A stretch of DNA of 35,442 bases from Octopus sinensis. Taxonomy: Eukaryota. Position 1 is the stretch's first letter, and each line of letters begins with the position of its first letter. The stretch is from NCBI RefSeq assembly GCF_006345805.1, contig NW_021833359.1:1-35442 (forward strand). Reading direction: 5' to 3'. This document shows, one piece after another, positions 1 to 10,724 of the stretch. The translations under genes were made by a program, and so were the position numbers. Under the pieces are notes generated by a model that was not told the DNA's origin, did not search any database, and saw only the letters and a list, made by a program, of their open reading frames with translations.

Positions 1-617
1 ATATTCTTAAGCAGATGCACTCACTCAAATGTCCACATGCATACACACATACTAGTGTGCATTATCATATATATATATGTAGACACACACATATGTACTT
101 ATTGATACTTACGTATGTATGTATGTATGTATGTATGTATGTATGTATGTATGTATTTATGTACCTATCTGTCTATCTGACTATATACACACACACACAC
201 GCACCACTGGAAGTGATAAACACATATACAGCAGCACTACAGAACACATACATAAGTACTAAGCACGTATGCACATTCCTACAAGTATTACTATAGCCAC
301 ATAGATGCATTAATGTGTAACAGAAATGCATTTTAAGACTTTCAACCCGGAAGCACATAAAACTTCGTTTTTGGCTCAAATTCTAATTATGTAATCCGTT
401 AAGGCAGATTTTGGCCAAACTTCTACCAGAAACCAATTAATAACTATTAGGATGGGAAAACAACCAATTTCTCCACAAATTACACCTAAATGAACCCAAT
501 AGTCACGGCATATACACGTGTATATATGTGTGTGTGTGTTTGTGTATGTGCTTATTGAGTTAGTGTGCGTGCGTGAGTGTGTGTGAGTATATATATATAT
601 ATAGTGTATGGTATATA

Positions 618-776
618 GGCGCAGGAGTGGCTGTGTGGTAAGTAGCTTGCTTATCAGCAATATGGTTCCGGGTTCACTCCCACTGTGTGGCACATTGGGC
701 AAGTTTTCTACTATAGCCTGGGGCCCGACCAAAGCCTGTGAGTGGATTTGATTGACGGAACTGAAAGAAGCCCGTC

Positions 777-826
<50 letters not shown>

Positions 827-1034
827 TTGTGTGTATATGTTTGCGTGTCTGTGTTTGTCCCCTCAACATAGCTTGACAACCAATGCCGGTGTGTTTACGT
901 CCCCATAAACTAGCGGTTCGGCAAAAGACACCGATAGAATAAGTACTAGGCTTACAAAGTCCTGGCGATTTGCTCGACTAAAGGCGGTGCTCCAGCATGG
1001 CCGCAGTCAAATGACTGAAACAAGTAAAAGAGTA
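618..1034 (+). mobile_element. tRNA-derived SINE, family A (full length, internal (TA)n)
   Basis: Head GGCGCAGGAGTGGCTGTGTGGTAAG...GGTTCCGGGTTCA (A/B-box-like), CORE-like GGGCAAG segment, internal microsatellite and tail GGCGGTGCTCCAGCATGGCCGCAGTCAAATGACTGAAACAAGTAAAAGAG. The same sequence recurs many times in the window. Confidence 0.9.
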
Positions 1035-1035
1035 T

Positions 1036-1243
1036 AAAGGTCGTTCCATCTGCAGGAAAGGTGATGGTCTCAGTTTTGAGGATGCAAGAGACATTTACTA
1101 TGTGTTTATTTACTATCTTCAAAAGAGCCACGCCATCAAATGAAGGTATTATGCCAACTTGCTGAGATAGAAACGCTGTTATGACGGAACGCTCAGAAAA
1201 ACTGACGAAAGGGGTCTTGTTTCACCAAGAAAATGCTGATCAC
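1036..1243 (+). pseudogene. mariner transposase fragment (irritans/Himar-like)
   Basis: Broken reading KVVPSAGKVMVSV..DAR...YYANLL...KLTKGVLFHQENA matches the mariner motifs SAGKVMASVFWD and VLFHQDNAP. Contains stops and frameshifts. Confidence 0.75.
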
Positions 1244-1296
1244 GGAACCATGTGGTTGATAAGCAAGCTACTTACCACACAGGCACTCATGCGCCT
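1241..1296 (-). mobile_element. SINE family A head fragment
   Basis: Reverse complement GGCGCATGAGTGCCTGTGTGGTAAGTAGCTTGC matches the family A head. Confidence 0.8.
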
Positions 1297-1314
1297 ATAT
1301 TACAACTATATCTT

Positions 1315-1700
1315 TTATCTTTTACTCATTCCAGTCATTAGACTGCATCATGCTGGGGTGTCACCTTGAATTTTTAGTCGAATGAACCAACTCCAGTTAA
1401 ATGAACCAAAACAGACACACAAACACCGGCTCTCAAGTGGTGGTGGTGGGACAAACACACAGAGAAAAATACGCACACGCGCGTACACACACACACACAC
1501 ACACACAATACACACACACATACACACATATATATATATACGACGGGCTTCTTTCAGTTTCCGTTTACCAAATCTACTCACAAGGCTTTGGTCGACACGA
1601 GGCTACAGTAAAAAAAAAAAAGACACTTGCTCAAAGTGTCACTCAGTGAGACTAACTCCGGAACCATGTGATTGAGAAGCAAGTTTCCTACCACACAACC
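1315..1700 (-). mobile_element. SINE family A, diverged copy with internal deletion
   Basis: 5' half at 1540-1700 and tail variant at 1315-1390 align to family A in reverse, with a (CA)n/(TA)n centre. Confidence 0.75.
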
Positions 1701-1803
1701 ATTTATATGTTGATAGATAGGAAGATACACGGATAGATATGTTTAGTGTCTTCTATACGGAGAACATCTGAACCCATCCGTGAACTACACACATATATAT
1801 ATA

Positions 1804-2201
1804 GGCGCAGGAGTGGCTGTGTGGTAAGTAGCTTGCTTACCAACCACATGGTTCCGGGTTCAGTCCCACTGCTTGGCATCTTCTGCTATAGCCCCGGGCC
1901 GACCAATGCCTTGTGAGTGGATTTGGTAGATGGAAACTGAAAGAAGCCTGTCGTATATATGTATATATATATATATATGTATGTGTGTGTATATGTTTGT
2001 GTGTCTGTGTTGTAACCCTAGCATTGCTGACAAACCGATGCTGTGTGTTTACGTCCCCGTCATTTAGCAGTTCGGCAAAAGGGACCGATAGAATAAACTG
2101 GCTTGGGCTCAAGAATAAGTCCCGGGGTCGATTTGCTCGACTAAGGCGGTGCTCCAGCATGGCCGCAGTCAAATGACTGAAACAAGTAAAAGAGTAAAGA
2201 G

Positions 2202-2203
<2 letters not shown>
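1804..2203 (+). mobile_element. SINE family A (full length)
   Basis: Same head, internal (TA)/(TG) array and CCAGCATGGCCGCAGTCAAATGACTG tail as 618-1034. Confidence 0.92.
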
Positions 2204-2260
<57 letters not shown>

Positions 2261-2303
2261 TGTTTGTGTGTATGTGCGTGTTAATATGTATTTATATTTC
2301 TAT

Positions 2304-2608
2304 ATATTTGGTTGCCAAATATTTTGAGAATTTCATTGTACAAGCACGAGATCCCATGTGTTATCTTGTGTAAGTGTTTTTGAGCAAAGTATTGCCAAGG
2401 AGGAACTGTTTGGAACTCCCTGTGACTGACTGTACCTGTAATTTATAAGAGTCAACCTCTCCGCATATTATATGATACCTTATTCCCCCTGTTATGTTAA
2501 GTGTACACATGTCGTCCGTGGAGTGTTCACGTGTTTTCTGTTGAGTATCTCCGTTGTTTGAACAACTGAAATACCTAGTGTAGGGGATACCTGTAGTGTC
2601 CGTTTACA
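2304..2608 (-). mobile_element. possible solo LTR
   Basis: About 300 bp of unique sequence. The minus strand starts TGTAAAC, has TATAAAT followed about 10 nt later by CAGTCAGTC, and ends GGCAACCAAATA. No terminal CA and no TSD found. Confidence 0.25.
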
Positions 2609-3130
2609 TTTGTGTATACGTCAACGTGTATATGCATATATGTTCTTTTGTGTGATTCTGGCTGGAAATATGTGTCTCATTTATATCTTTATAATAAAAT
2701 TGAATTGTGAAAACGAAATAGGCCCAAATTCGGAGGTGATCAAAGAGAGAGGAATGCAAAAGAGAGAGAAAAAGAGACAGAAAAAGTCGTCGTACAAAAA
2801 AAAAGAAGAAAAAAAAATTCTACTGAATTGGTGAAACAATTAGAGGGTTGCGTAGCGGTAACATTAAAGTAATAAATTCCAAACTTCAAACAGAAACACA
2901 ACAAAGGATCAAACGGAAAATTTCCACGCAAGACGGAACATCAGCCATTCCTCGTCAGTTATCGTTACAATTTTACGCCTTTAACGATAATGTTGTTCAT
3001 ATGTATTTATATACATATATACATATATATTTACATACATATATACACACACACAAACACACACAAACACGCATATATACATATATATATATAATATATA
3101 TTATATATATATTAATATATATATTATGAT

Positions 3131-3166
<36 letters not shown>

Positions 3167-3319
3167 TAAAAATTATAATTAAGGGCATCTCTTAGATACC
3201 CTTAATCATAATTTTAATAATAATTATTACTTTTGAGGTTTTTATTCCCATGCTGGCCACCTGATAAGATCGATATTTTTAATAACGATCTTATCCTTAT
3301 ATATATATATATATATATA

Positions 3320-3478
3320 AGGACGTGGAACAAGTATAGTATTATTGGACGCTCAGGAAGGAAGGGAAGAAGGAGGGTTTTACATTTCGAGCGGAGCTCT
3401 TCGTCAGAAACATAGGAAAAGGAAGGATCCAGCGAAGGGAAGACGGAGGAAAAAATCGCCAACGGCACACTCGCGGTC
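3320..3478 (-). mobile_element. short (TA)n-embedded element with hammerhead-like motif (family H1)
   Basis: Aligns over about 150 bp to 22756-22956 in opposite orientation and is flanked by TA/TG microsatellites. Confidence 0.75.
3377..3411 (-). ncRNA. minimal type I hammerhead ribozyme motif
   Basis: Minus strand GUUU-CUGACGA-A-GAGC-UCC-GCUC-GAAA-U-GUA-AAAC. Intact CUGANGA and GAAA core, 4-bp stem II, stem I GUUU/AAAC. The C of the usual GAAAC is U. Confidence 0.65.
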
Positions 3479-3879
3479 ACATTTTGAATGTGTGTGTATA
3501 TATATATATATACATATATATTCCACAGAAACCTCCCAAAGCTGGACGCTAATAACTAAACCTTATAACAGCCAAACCTGATTACCTACGAAGAAAACCA
3601 AATAACAGGAATCTAAGTGAATCTCACAAACTATAACTCCCCAAACATTTCCCACTTTACAAGAATTAAGGATAACTCAGAATAACAAGACTAAGGTATA
3701 AGAAATTCGCAATCAATCCTAATAAATCCTTTTCCCTTCAGCTGCCAAACGGACATCGCCATGGTTTCGACACCTGGGTAGTACCATTATATATAAATAT
3801 AAAACCGTGTGTGCGTAATGTACTCATAAAGATCTGCAAACTCATTGATTTATAAGTAGATGATCATCTCGCAAACATT

Positions 3880-4097
3880 TGTGTCTTTAATGTTAATTCT
3901 CTAGCAAAAGCAGGCTAGCTCTTAAAACATGAAAAAATACGCTCCCTAAAATGGGATTGAACACAGTTCTAGTCTCCTTAATTTCCGTTTAAATCGTAAT
4001 AGGAGTATAGTATTTAAGGTAACGTGCTGTTGGATCGAACTGAAAATCCCATGATAATGAAACGAAATTCTTAACGTTTCAACCATTGTTGCCCCCG
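3880..4097 (-). mobile_element. degenerate tRNA-headed SINE (family uncertain)
   Basis: Minus strand GGGGGCAACAATGGTTGAAACGTTAAG...AGTTCGATCC resembles spaced A/B boxes. No second copy in the window. Confidence 0.35.
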
Positions 4098-4406
4098 CGT
4101 TGCGAGTATGATACTAAATAATAACGAAGCAATATTAAGCTACACAGAACAGTTTTCAGAGCTGAGGTGTGCTATGAAAATAAGAACAGAAAACATGTAA
4201 ATACAACAACAATAACAAGAACGAGGACAACGACAATAGCAGCTGTAGATACAACAATTAGCCGAATAAATACAGAAATACATCAAAAACAGTCTAAACT
4301 GAAACAACTACAGATAAAAAAAATTCAACTACGAACAACAATATGAATAACAATCATAACAAAAACAACGCCTACAATTATAACTGCAACAACAAAAACA
4401 GCAAAA

Positions 4407-4892
4407 ATGATGATGATAATAATAATAATAATGATGATGATAATAATAATAATAATAATGATGATAATAATAATAATGATGATAATAATAATAATGATGA
4501 TGATAATAATAATAATAATAATAATGATGATAATAATAAAAATAATGATGATGATAATAATAATAATAATAATAATGATGATAATAATAATAATAATAAT
4601 GATGATAATAATAATAATAATGATGATGATGATAATGATAATAATAATGATAATAATAATAATAATGATGAAGATAATAATAATAATAATGATGATGATA
4701 ATAATAATAATGATGATAATAATAATAATAATGATGATGATAATAATAATAATGATGATAATAATAATAATGATGATGATAATAATAATAATAATGATGA
4801 TAATAATAATAATAATAATGATGATAATAATAATAATAATGATAATAATAATAATAATAATGATGATGATAATAATAATAATAATAATAATA

Positions 4893-4930
<38 letters not shown>

Positions 4931-4975
4931 TAATAATGATGATGATGATGATAATAATAGTATAATATAAAGGAC
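4407..4975. repeat. compound trinucleotide array (AAT)n(GAT)m
   Basis: Direct reading: runs of 3-6 AAT alternate with 2-4 GAT. Source of the N/D, I/M and L/S pseudo-ORFs. Confidence 0.97.
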
Positions 4976-5429
4976 AACATCAATAATAATTGTAACAACA
5001 ACTATAATAAAACGTGGAGTAATAAAAACTGCATAACATATAACAAAATAATATTAAAATTACAAAAAGAATATTAAATGAAAAAAACGGCAACAATAAC
5101 TAGTACAATAATTTTGGCAAAGAACACAAAAAGGAAATAAGAGAAAAAAAAATTATCATAGAAATATCAATATGAACGGCTTAATTAATTTTGAACTGTT
5201 TAAGAATTTAATTACCATAAACATAATATGTTCTAATCACACGTATAGACGTGTGTGTGTGTGTGCGTGTGTGTGTGGATGCGTGTTCGTGCGTGTTTGT
5301 GTGTGTGTATGTGTGTGTGTGTGTGTGGGTGTACGCGTGTGTGTGTTTGTGCATGTATATAATTGCACGAAATACAAAAACGAACTATATAATTATATTT
5401 ATACGAATATGCAGATAAGTGTATAGTTG

Positions 5430-6260
5430 TATAAATATATATATATATATATATTATATATATAATATATATATATAAAATATATACATATATATATATG
5501 TAGGTGTGTATATATATATATTTATATATACGTATATTATATATGTAGGTGTGTGTATATATATATATTGTGTATTACATATATGTATGTATGTATGCAT
5601 ATGCATTTTATGAGATTATGTTTAGATAAACGTAACATATACGTGTGTGTATGTGTGTTTACATATCTATCTATCTATATATGTAAATACACACACATAT
5701 ACATAAACACATAGTTACGTATATACGTACATAAATGCATGCAGCATATAGTCATAGGCATGAATATAAATACGCCCATACTTAGACGCACGCATACGTG
5801 CACATATCTGTGTGCGCATGTGAGTCCATATATATCTATACACATATATATACATAGATACATTACATGTATATATATATATATATGATGTATATCTATT
5901 CATATATATTTACACATATACATACATTTATATATATATACATTCATACATTTATATATATACATACATACATTTATATATATACATATATATATACATA
6001 TTATATATATACATATATATACACACATATACTCACATATACATATGTATGCATATATCTATCTATCTATTTTACTATCTATCTATACATACATACACAC
6101 ACACATATATATATATATATGTATATATGTATATATATATATATATATGTGTGTGTATGTATATATATATGTATATATATATACATATATATATATATAT
6201 ACACACACACACATATGTATATACACACACACACACACACACACCACGTGTATATATATT
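5430..6260. repeat. degenerate (TA)n/(CA)n/(TACA)n microsatellite block
   Basis: Direct reading. Confidence 0.9.
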
Positions 6261-6543
6261 TGTACGCGTATATTCAGACAAATCTTCGTACTTATAGACT
6301 GTGAATACATTTCTGTCCGTGTCTGTAAAAAGACACTCAATTATACACACACATACACGCACACGCGCGCTCACACACGGAGACGCATATTTACTACGAA
6401 TACATGCAAATTTGTGTACGCGCACTAAATTTTTATTCTTTGTCTCATTAATAATCGAAATACATTATAAACTGCTAACTTGTGTGAATTACTTCGGTAC
6501 TCGCACGCACACTTTCACACACGTATATGCAATCTATTTTCAA

Positions 6544-6591
<48 letters not shown>

Positions 6592-7260
6592 CTGTAAGCT
6601 AAAACCTTGGTCAATGCAGAATTTTAACAACACTTTGTAAAGTGCAATACGCCATGTGTTTAATCTCTCTATGTGTGCTAGAAAAGTGAGTCAAAATCTT
6701 AGGTTACTGGCTTTGTTAAGCATAACCATGGGCTACTGACCCATTTCTGTCCACAGAAAGAGAGAAAGGATGTCCAGGGAAAGAAATAGAGAGAGTAATA
6801 GCCTCCAGACATTTATAATGCATGCAAAATCGGACACAGTAAAATAGTTCAAAAGCGTTCAAGTTGTGGCAACACGGGTGTATGATTTAATGGCGTATTT
6901 CACAGTGAGGTAAAAGTATAACAAACATAGATCATTATAGAGACTCACACACGGATACAAACGCACACACACAAACACACTATCACATATAGGCACACAC
7001 ACACATACACACACATATATATGTTTGCGTGTGCGCGTATGTGTGGGTATGTATATATATATATTTGTGTGAGTCTGTGTCTACATATATTTAAGCTGGG
7101 CCAAGATAGAAAAGAATGGAACAAGATAATACAGTTGATGTGTATGTATATACCTACATACACACATATACATATATATGAATATATTATTATATATATG
7201 TACACACACACACTCATTCACACATACACAGACGTACTTATCATATATATTATATATATA

Positions 7261-7325
<65 letters not shown>

Positions 7326-7442
7326 ATATATATTATATATATTATATATATACATATATATTTAAAAAAGGAGATGTGGAACACGAGTTGTGATATATAA
7401 AAAGGAAATGAAGAAAATGCTGACAAAATAATTTAGTAATTT

Positions 7443-7678
7443 AAGTAATTTAATTAGGTGAAAGTTCTTTTTACCGGTTGCGCATTTGTTATGCTTATCA
7501 AAAGATTAGAGTTCCTTTCTGATAGATTTTTTCCTCTTATCTGACTTATCTGATTTTTTTTCCTCTTATCTAAAAGTCAGATAAGAGGAAAAAATCTATC
7601 AGAAAGGAACTCTAATCTTTTGATAAGCATAACAAATGCGCAACCGGTAAAAAGAACTTTCACCTAATTAAATTACTT
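7443..7678. repeat. perfect inverted repeat, 105-bp arms, 26-bp spacer
   Basis: 7443-7547 is the exact reverse complement of 7574-7678 (checked in 10-bp blocks). Confidence 0.97.
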
Positions 7679-7799
7679 GTTTTGAAGTTTTGCATTCGGT
7701 AAAATTTTGTTTATTTTTAGTAGTTTTGACCGCATTGGTCCCTCTTAGCGTGTTGGTATCTACGAATAGTAGTACCTTCAATATAATATAAATGAATAT

Positions 7800-7901
7800 T
7801 TTCAAAGAGGAAGAATTTACGGTTGTTTTCTCTTACGAGGTTTTTCACGCTGACTACTGATAATTTCTTTTAAAGATTTTATCCTCAATGTTAATATATA
7901 C

Positions 7902-7938
<37 letters not shown>

Positions 7939-7943
7939 ATATA

Positions 7944-8005
<62 letters not shown>

Positions 8006-8105
8006 TATATATTTAAAGGAATAATTGATGGATTTTTCCCTTATGAGGTTTTTCGCGCTAACTATTGATAAATTCTTATAAAGATTTAATCCTATTTTTC
8101 AACTA
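7800..8105. repeat. two diverged ~95-bp direct repeat units separated by (TA)n/(CATA)n
   Basis: CTTACGAGGTTTTTCACGCTGACTACTGATAATTTCTTTTAAAGATTTTATCCT versus CTTATGAGGTTTTTCGCGCTAACTATTGATAAATTCTTATAAAGATTTAATCCT. Confidence 0.85.
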
Positions 8106-8329
8106 TACATATATTATCAGTCGTCCGTAGACGAAGCTAACATTTCCTTCTCTTAGATGGATTGTCTTTACTATGACTGGTGATCGCCATCCACCCTTGA
8201 GAGTATTGGATGGTTGTTGACTCTCCTGAGTTCGTCTCTTGAGTTCATTACTTACAATGTCTAAAATTCAGGCTCCTCACTATGAAATCTTGGATGCTTA
8301 GATAGTTTAGTCGCCACTGATCTAACTAT

Positions 8330-8520
8330 GCAAAAGTGACAAGACAAAATGCTAAGAGGCATTTCATCTGTCATGTGTTCTGAGTTCAAATTCCATCGAG
8401 GTCGACTTTGCATTTCGTCCAATCAGAGTCGATGAAATACGTGTCAGTCAAATACTGGCGTTCATGTAATCGACCAACCCCTCACTAAATTTCAAGCATT
8501 CTGCCTATACTAGAAACGAT
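8330..8520 (+). mobile_element. SINE family B (Nin/Deu-domain-like), degenerate
   Basis: TTCTGAGTTCAAATTCCATCGAGGTCGACTTTGCATTTCGTCC...ATGTAATCGAC aligns to the reverse complement of 27173-27404. Confidence 0.75.
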
Positions 8521-8777
8521 TATCATTATTTACTGCAAACCCCTTTAAACTTGAATGTGAAATACACGCTCTCACTCTCACAGTTTATAGAGAATAGTTT
8601 AAACAACTGTCTGAAGATCACAACTTACCGTACTATATATATCATAGCGTCTATGAGCATGCATCAGCTGATCATAAGCCAGTAAATTTATTTACCAAGC
8701 CATGTATACCTGCAAGAATTCCTTTTATTAGCACCTCATGCTAAAACATTGTTCATGTGTGTGTACTATATATATAT

Positions 8778-8833
<56 letters not shown>

Positions 8834-8881
8834 CCTGTTTCTGAGTATTGTTGACAATCTGTATATAAAATAGTATATATA

Positions 8882-8928
<47 letters not shown>

Positions 8929-9059
8929 ATTATATATATATATAACTTGGAAGTGGATGCGTGGCGTTCGATCATATAATAATATAAATAATATACAAAT
9001 ATATGCATATATACATACATATGTACATATATATGTGTATATACATGCATATATGGGTA

Positions 9060-9268
9060 TAGGACATCAAAAAACGTAGACAAAGGTAGAAACGAGAACA
9101 TAAAAAACAAAAACATAGAAAACGAACTTTTTTCGAACATCGAAGGAAACAAACAAACACAGAAACGAGACAGGCAACATAAAAAAACATTCCCTTCATC
9201 AGTTGTCCATTGTTTTATCTGCTCCGCATGTCGAAGGTAGGGACAAGACTCGACTTCGTTAAAACAGT
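9060..9268 (-). mobile_element. short TA-flanked repeat with CTGATGA motif (partly similar to 33120-33430)
   Basis: Minus strand CAACTGATGAAGGGAATGTTTTTTTATGTTGCCTG resembles CAACTGTTGAGGTCTCGTTCTTTATGTTACTTG on the minus strand at about 33185-33220. Confidence 0.4.
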
Positions 9269-9282
9269 ATATATATAAAACA

Positions 9283-9329
<47 letters not shown>

Positions 9330-9337
<8 letters not shown>

Positions 9338-10498
9338 GACATCACAAAAGTTAATAGACATTCTTATAATATTATAATCATTCAAATTACAGGGTCCTTG
9401 CATTGAAAAATGCAAAGGGCATGTCTGCTAAATATTACATATTCACATTATAACAATTAATAAATAATTTGAATGTATAATTTTAGATTTAAATAAATTT
9501 GAATGATTATAATATCTCTTGTTCTTTTAAAGAAGTATCCTGTCCATTATATCACGGAGGTGTTCAATAGTGTTTGTATCTGGAGACTGGCTTGGCCTTG
9601 GAAGCTTTTTAATACTATTCACATCCAAAAAATCTTGGATCATTTTAGCCATCTGACAAGGAAACCTATCTTCCATAAATAAAGTGTCCTCTTCAATCGT
9701 TTCACCACTGGAGAAATTTGGAAGTAGTCCTTTCTGCAATATGGACACATATTTATCTGACTTTATGCTTCCTTCACACTCCACTAGATCTGATCAACCA
9801 TTGTTCCAAATTGTTCCCCAGATCATCACAGAATACCTGTCGTGTTTCATTGTTGGCTGCAATATTGTTACATCTAATTCTTGGACACTGAACCTCCAGA
9901 CCACAGTCAGGAAATACATCAAATCTGGACTCATCAGAGAATATGACAGTGCCCCAAAATGCTAATGGCTTCTTCACCATCTCACTGGCCCAATCTTTTC
10001 TTCGCTTGATGTTGGTTGGTCGAAAAAGTAGCTTCCTTCTTGCTGCCCTGTGATAGTAAGCAAATTTGGAGAGATACCTGTCAGTTCTGGAACTGATATG
10101 AACTTGTTCTGCTATGTCAGAAGTCTTGCAACGAGGATTATCTTCCACACTTATCTTAACAAAGAGAAGGGCCCTGTCAGAGGACCCTGGCTGATCTAGA
10201 CGAGGTGATGAGGACTCCTTCCTCTCTCTGGTGAATTGCATAATCATTCTACTAACTGTAGAAAGCGGGATCCCAAGGTTTTCTGCAATGTTACGCTGAC
10301 TATGTCCAATTCAGAATGACCCAGGATACGACCTCTCTGAAATTCAGACAGTTCCAAGGCTTCTTTTGTACATGGCATGGTTAAACAGTTACATATAGAA
10401 CCTGAAACAAAAATGTCAATTAATAAAAAATAATAAACATTCACAAGATAGAATAAACATATTTTATGGACTGTCTATTTACTTCTGTTGTGTGAGTA
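9330..10498 (-). mobile_element. Tc1-family DNA transposon relic (DD34E transposase pseudogene)
   Basis: Minus-strand ORF pieces LELSEFQRGRILG / VIFSDESRF / FMEDRFPC...SQSPDTNTIEHL, with 34 residues between D2 and E. Degenerate TIRs ACAAAAGTTAATAGACATTC versus ACAGAAGTAAATAGACAGTC (17/20). TA flanks. Confidence 0.9.
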
Positions 10499-10667
10499 TA
10501 TATATATTAAAGGATCGAAAGTGGGTATTAGTATTTTTCGGCCGATAAATGATGAAGAATTACAAAATGTCCTACGTGTACGTTTTGTAGTATTTAACGC
10601 ATTTTTCATTTATTGAGTAACTGAACGCCAGGCGTCCTGACTTTTGCTAACAGTAAGTTTATATAAG

Positions 10668-10700
<33 letters not shown>

Positions 10701-10724
10701 TATATATGCAGTTATAGATAGATA

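Noticed and set aside
618-700. tRNA gene calls at SINE heads (also 11590-11664 and 27310-27404)
   Set aside because: A/B-box-like heads continue directly into SINE bodies, with no complete cloverleaf or Pol III terminator.
3720-3790. Minus-strand CAGCTGAAGGG and GTCGAAACC as a hammerhead
   Set aside because: The core halves are not in a foldable arrangement. At best it is a decayed remnant.
4343-5001. 196-aa N/D-rich, 163-aa I/M and 207-aa L/S ORFs
   Set aside because: All are frames of the AAT/GAT array, with no splice or domain context.
5675-6597. Many Y/I/H/T and V/C ORFs (also at 15-879, 11569-12068, 19756-21143, 30057-30777, 31203-31898, 34692-35437)
   Set aside because: Translations of TA, CA, CT, ATCT and CATA microsatellites.
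8629-8709. 81-nt minus-strand segment bounded by CTAAT...TTCTTGCAG| and |GTAAGT, resembling an exon
   Set aside because: Stop codons in all three frames. It could only be a non-coding or UTR exon, which cannot be supported without RNA-seq.
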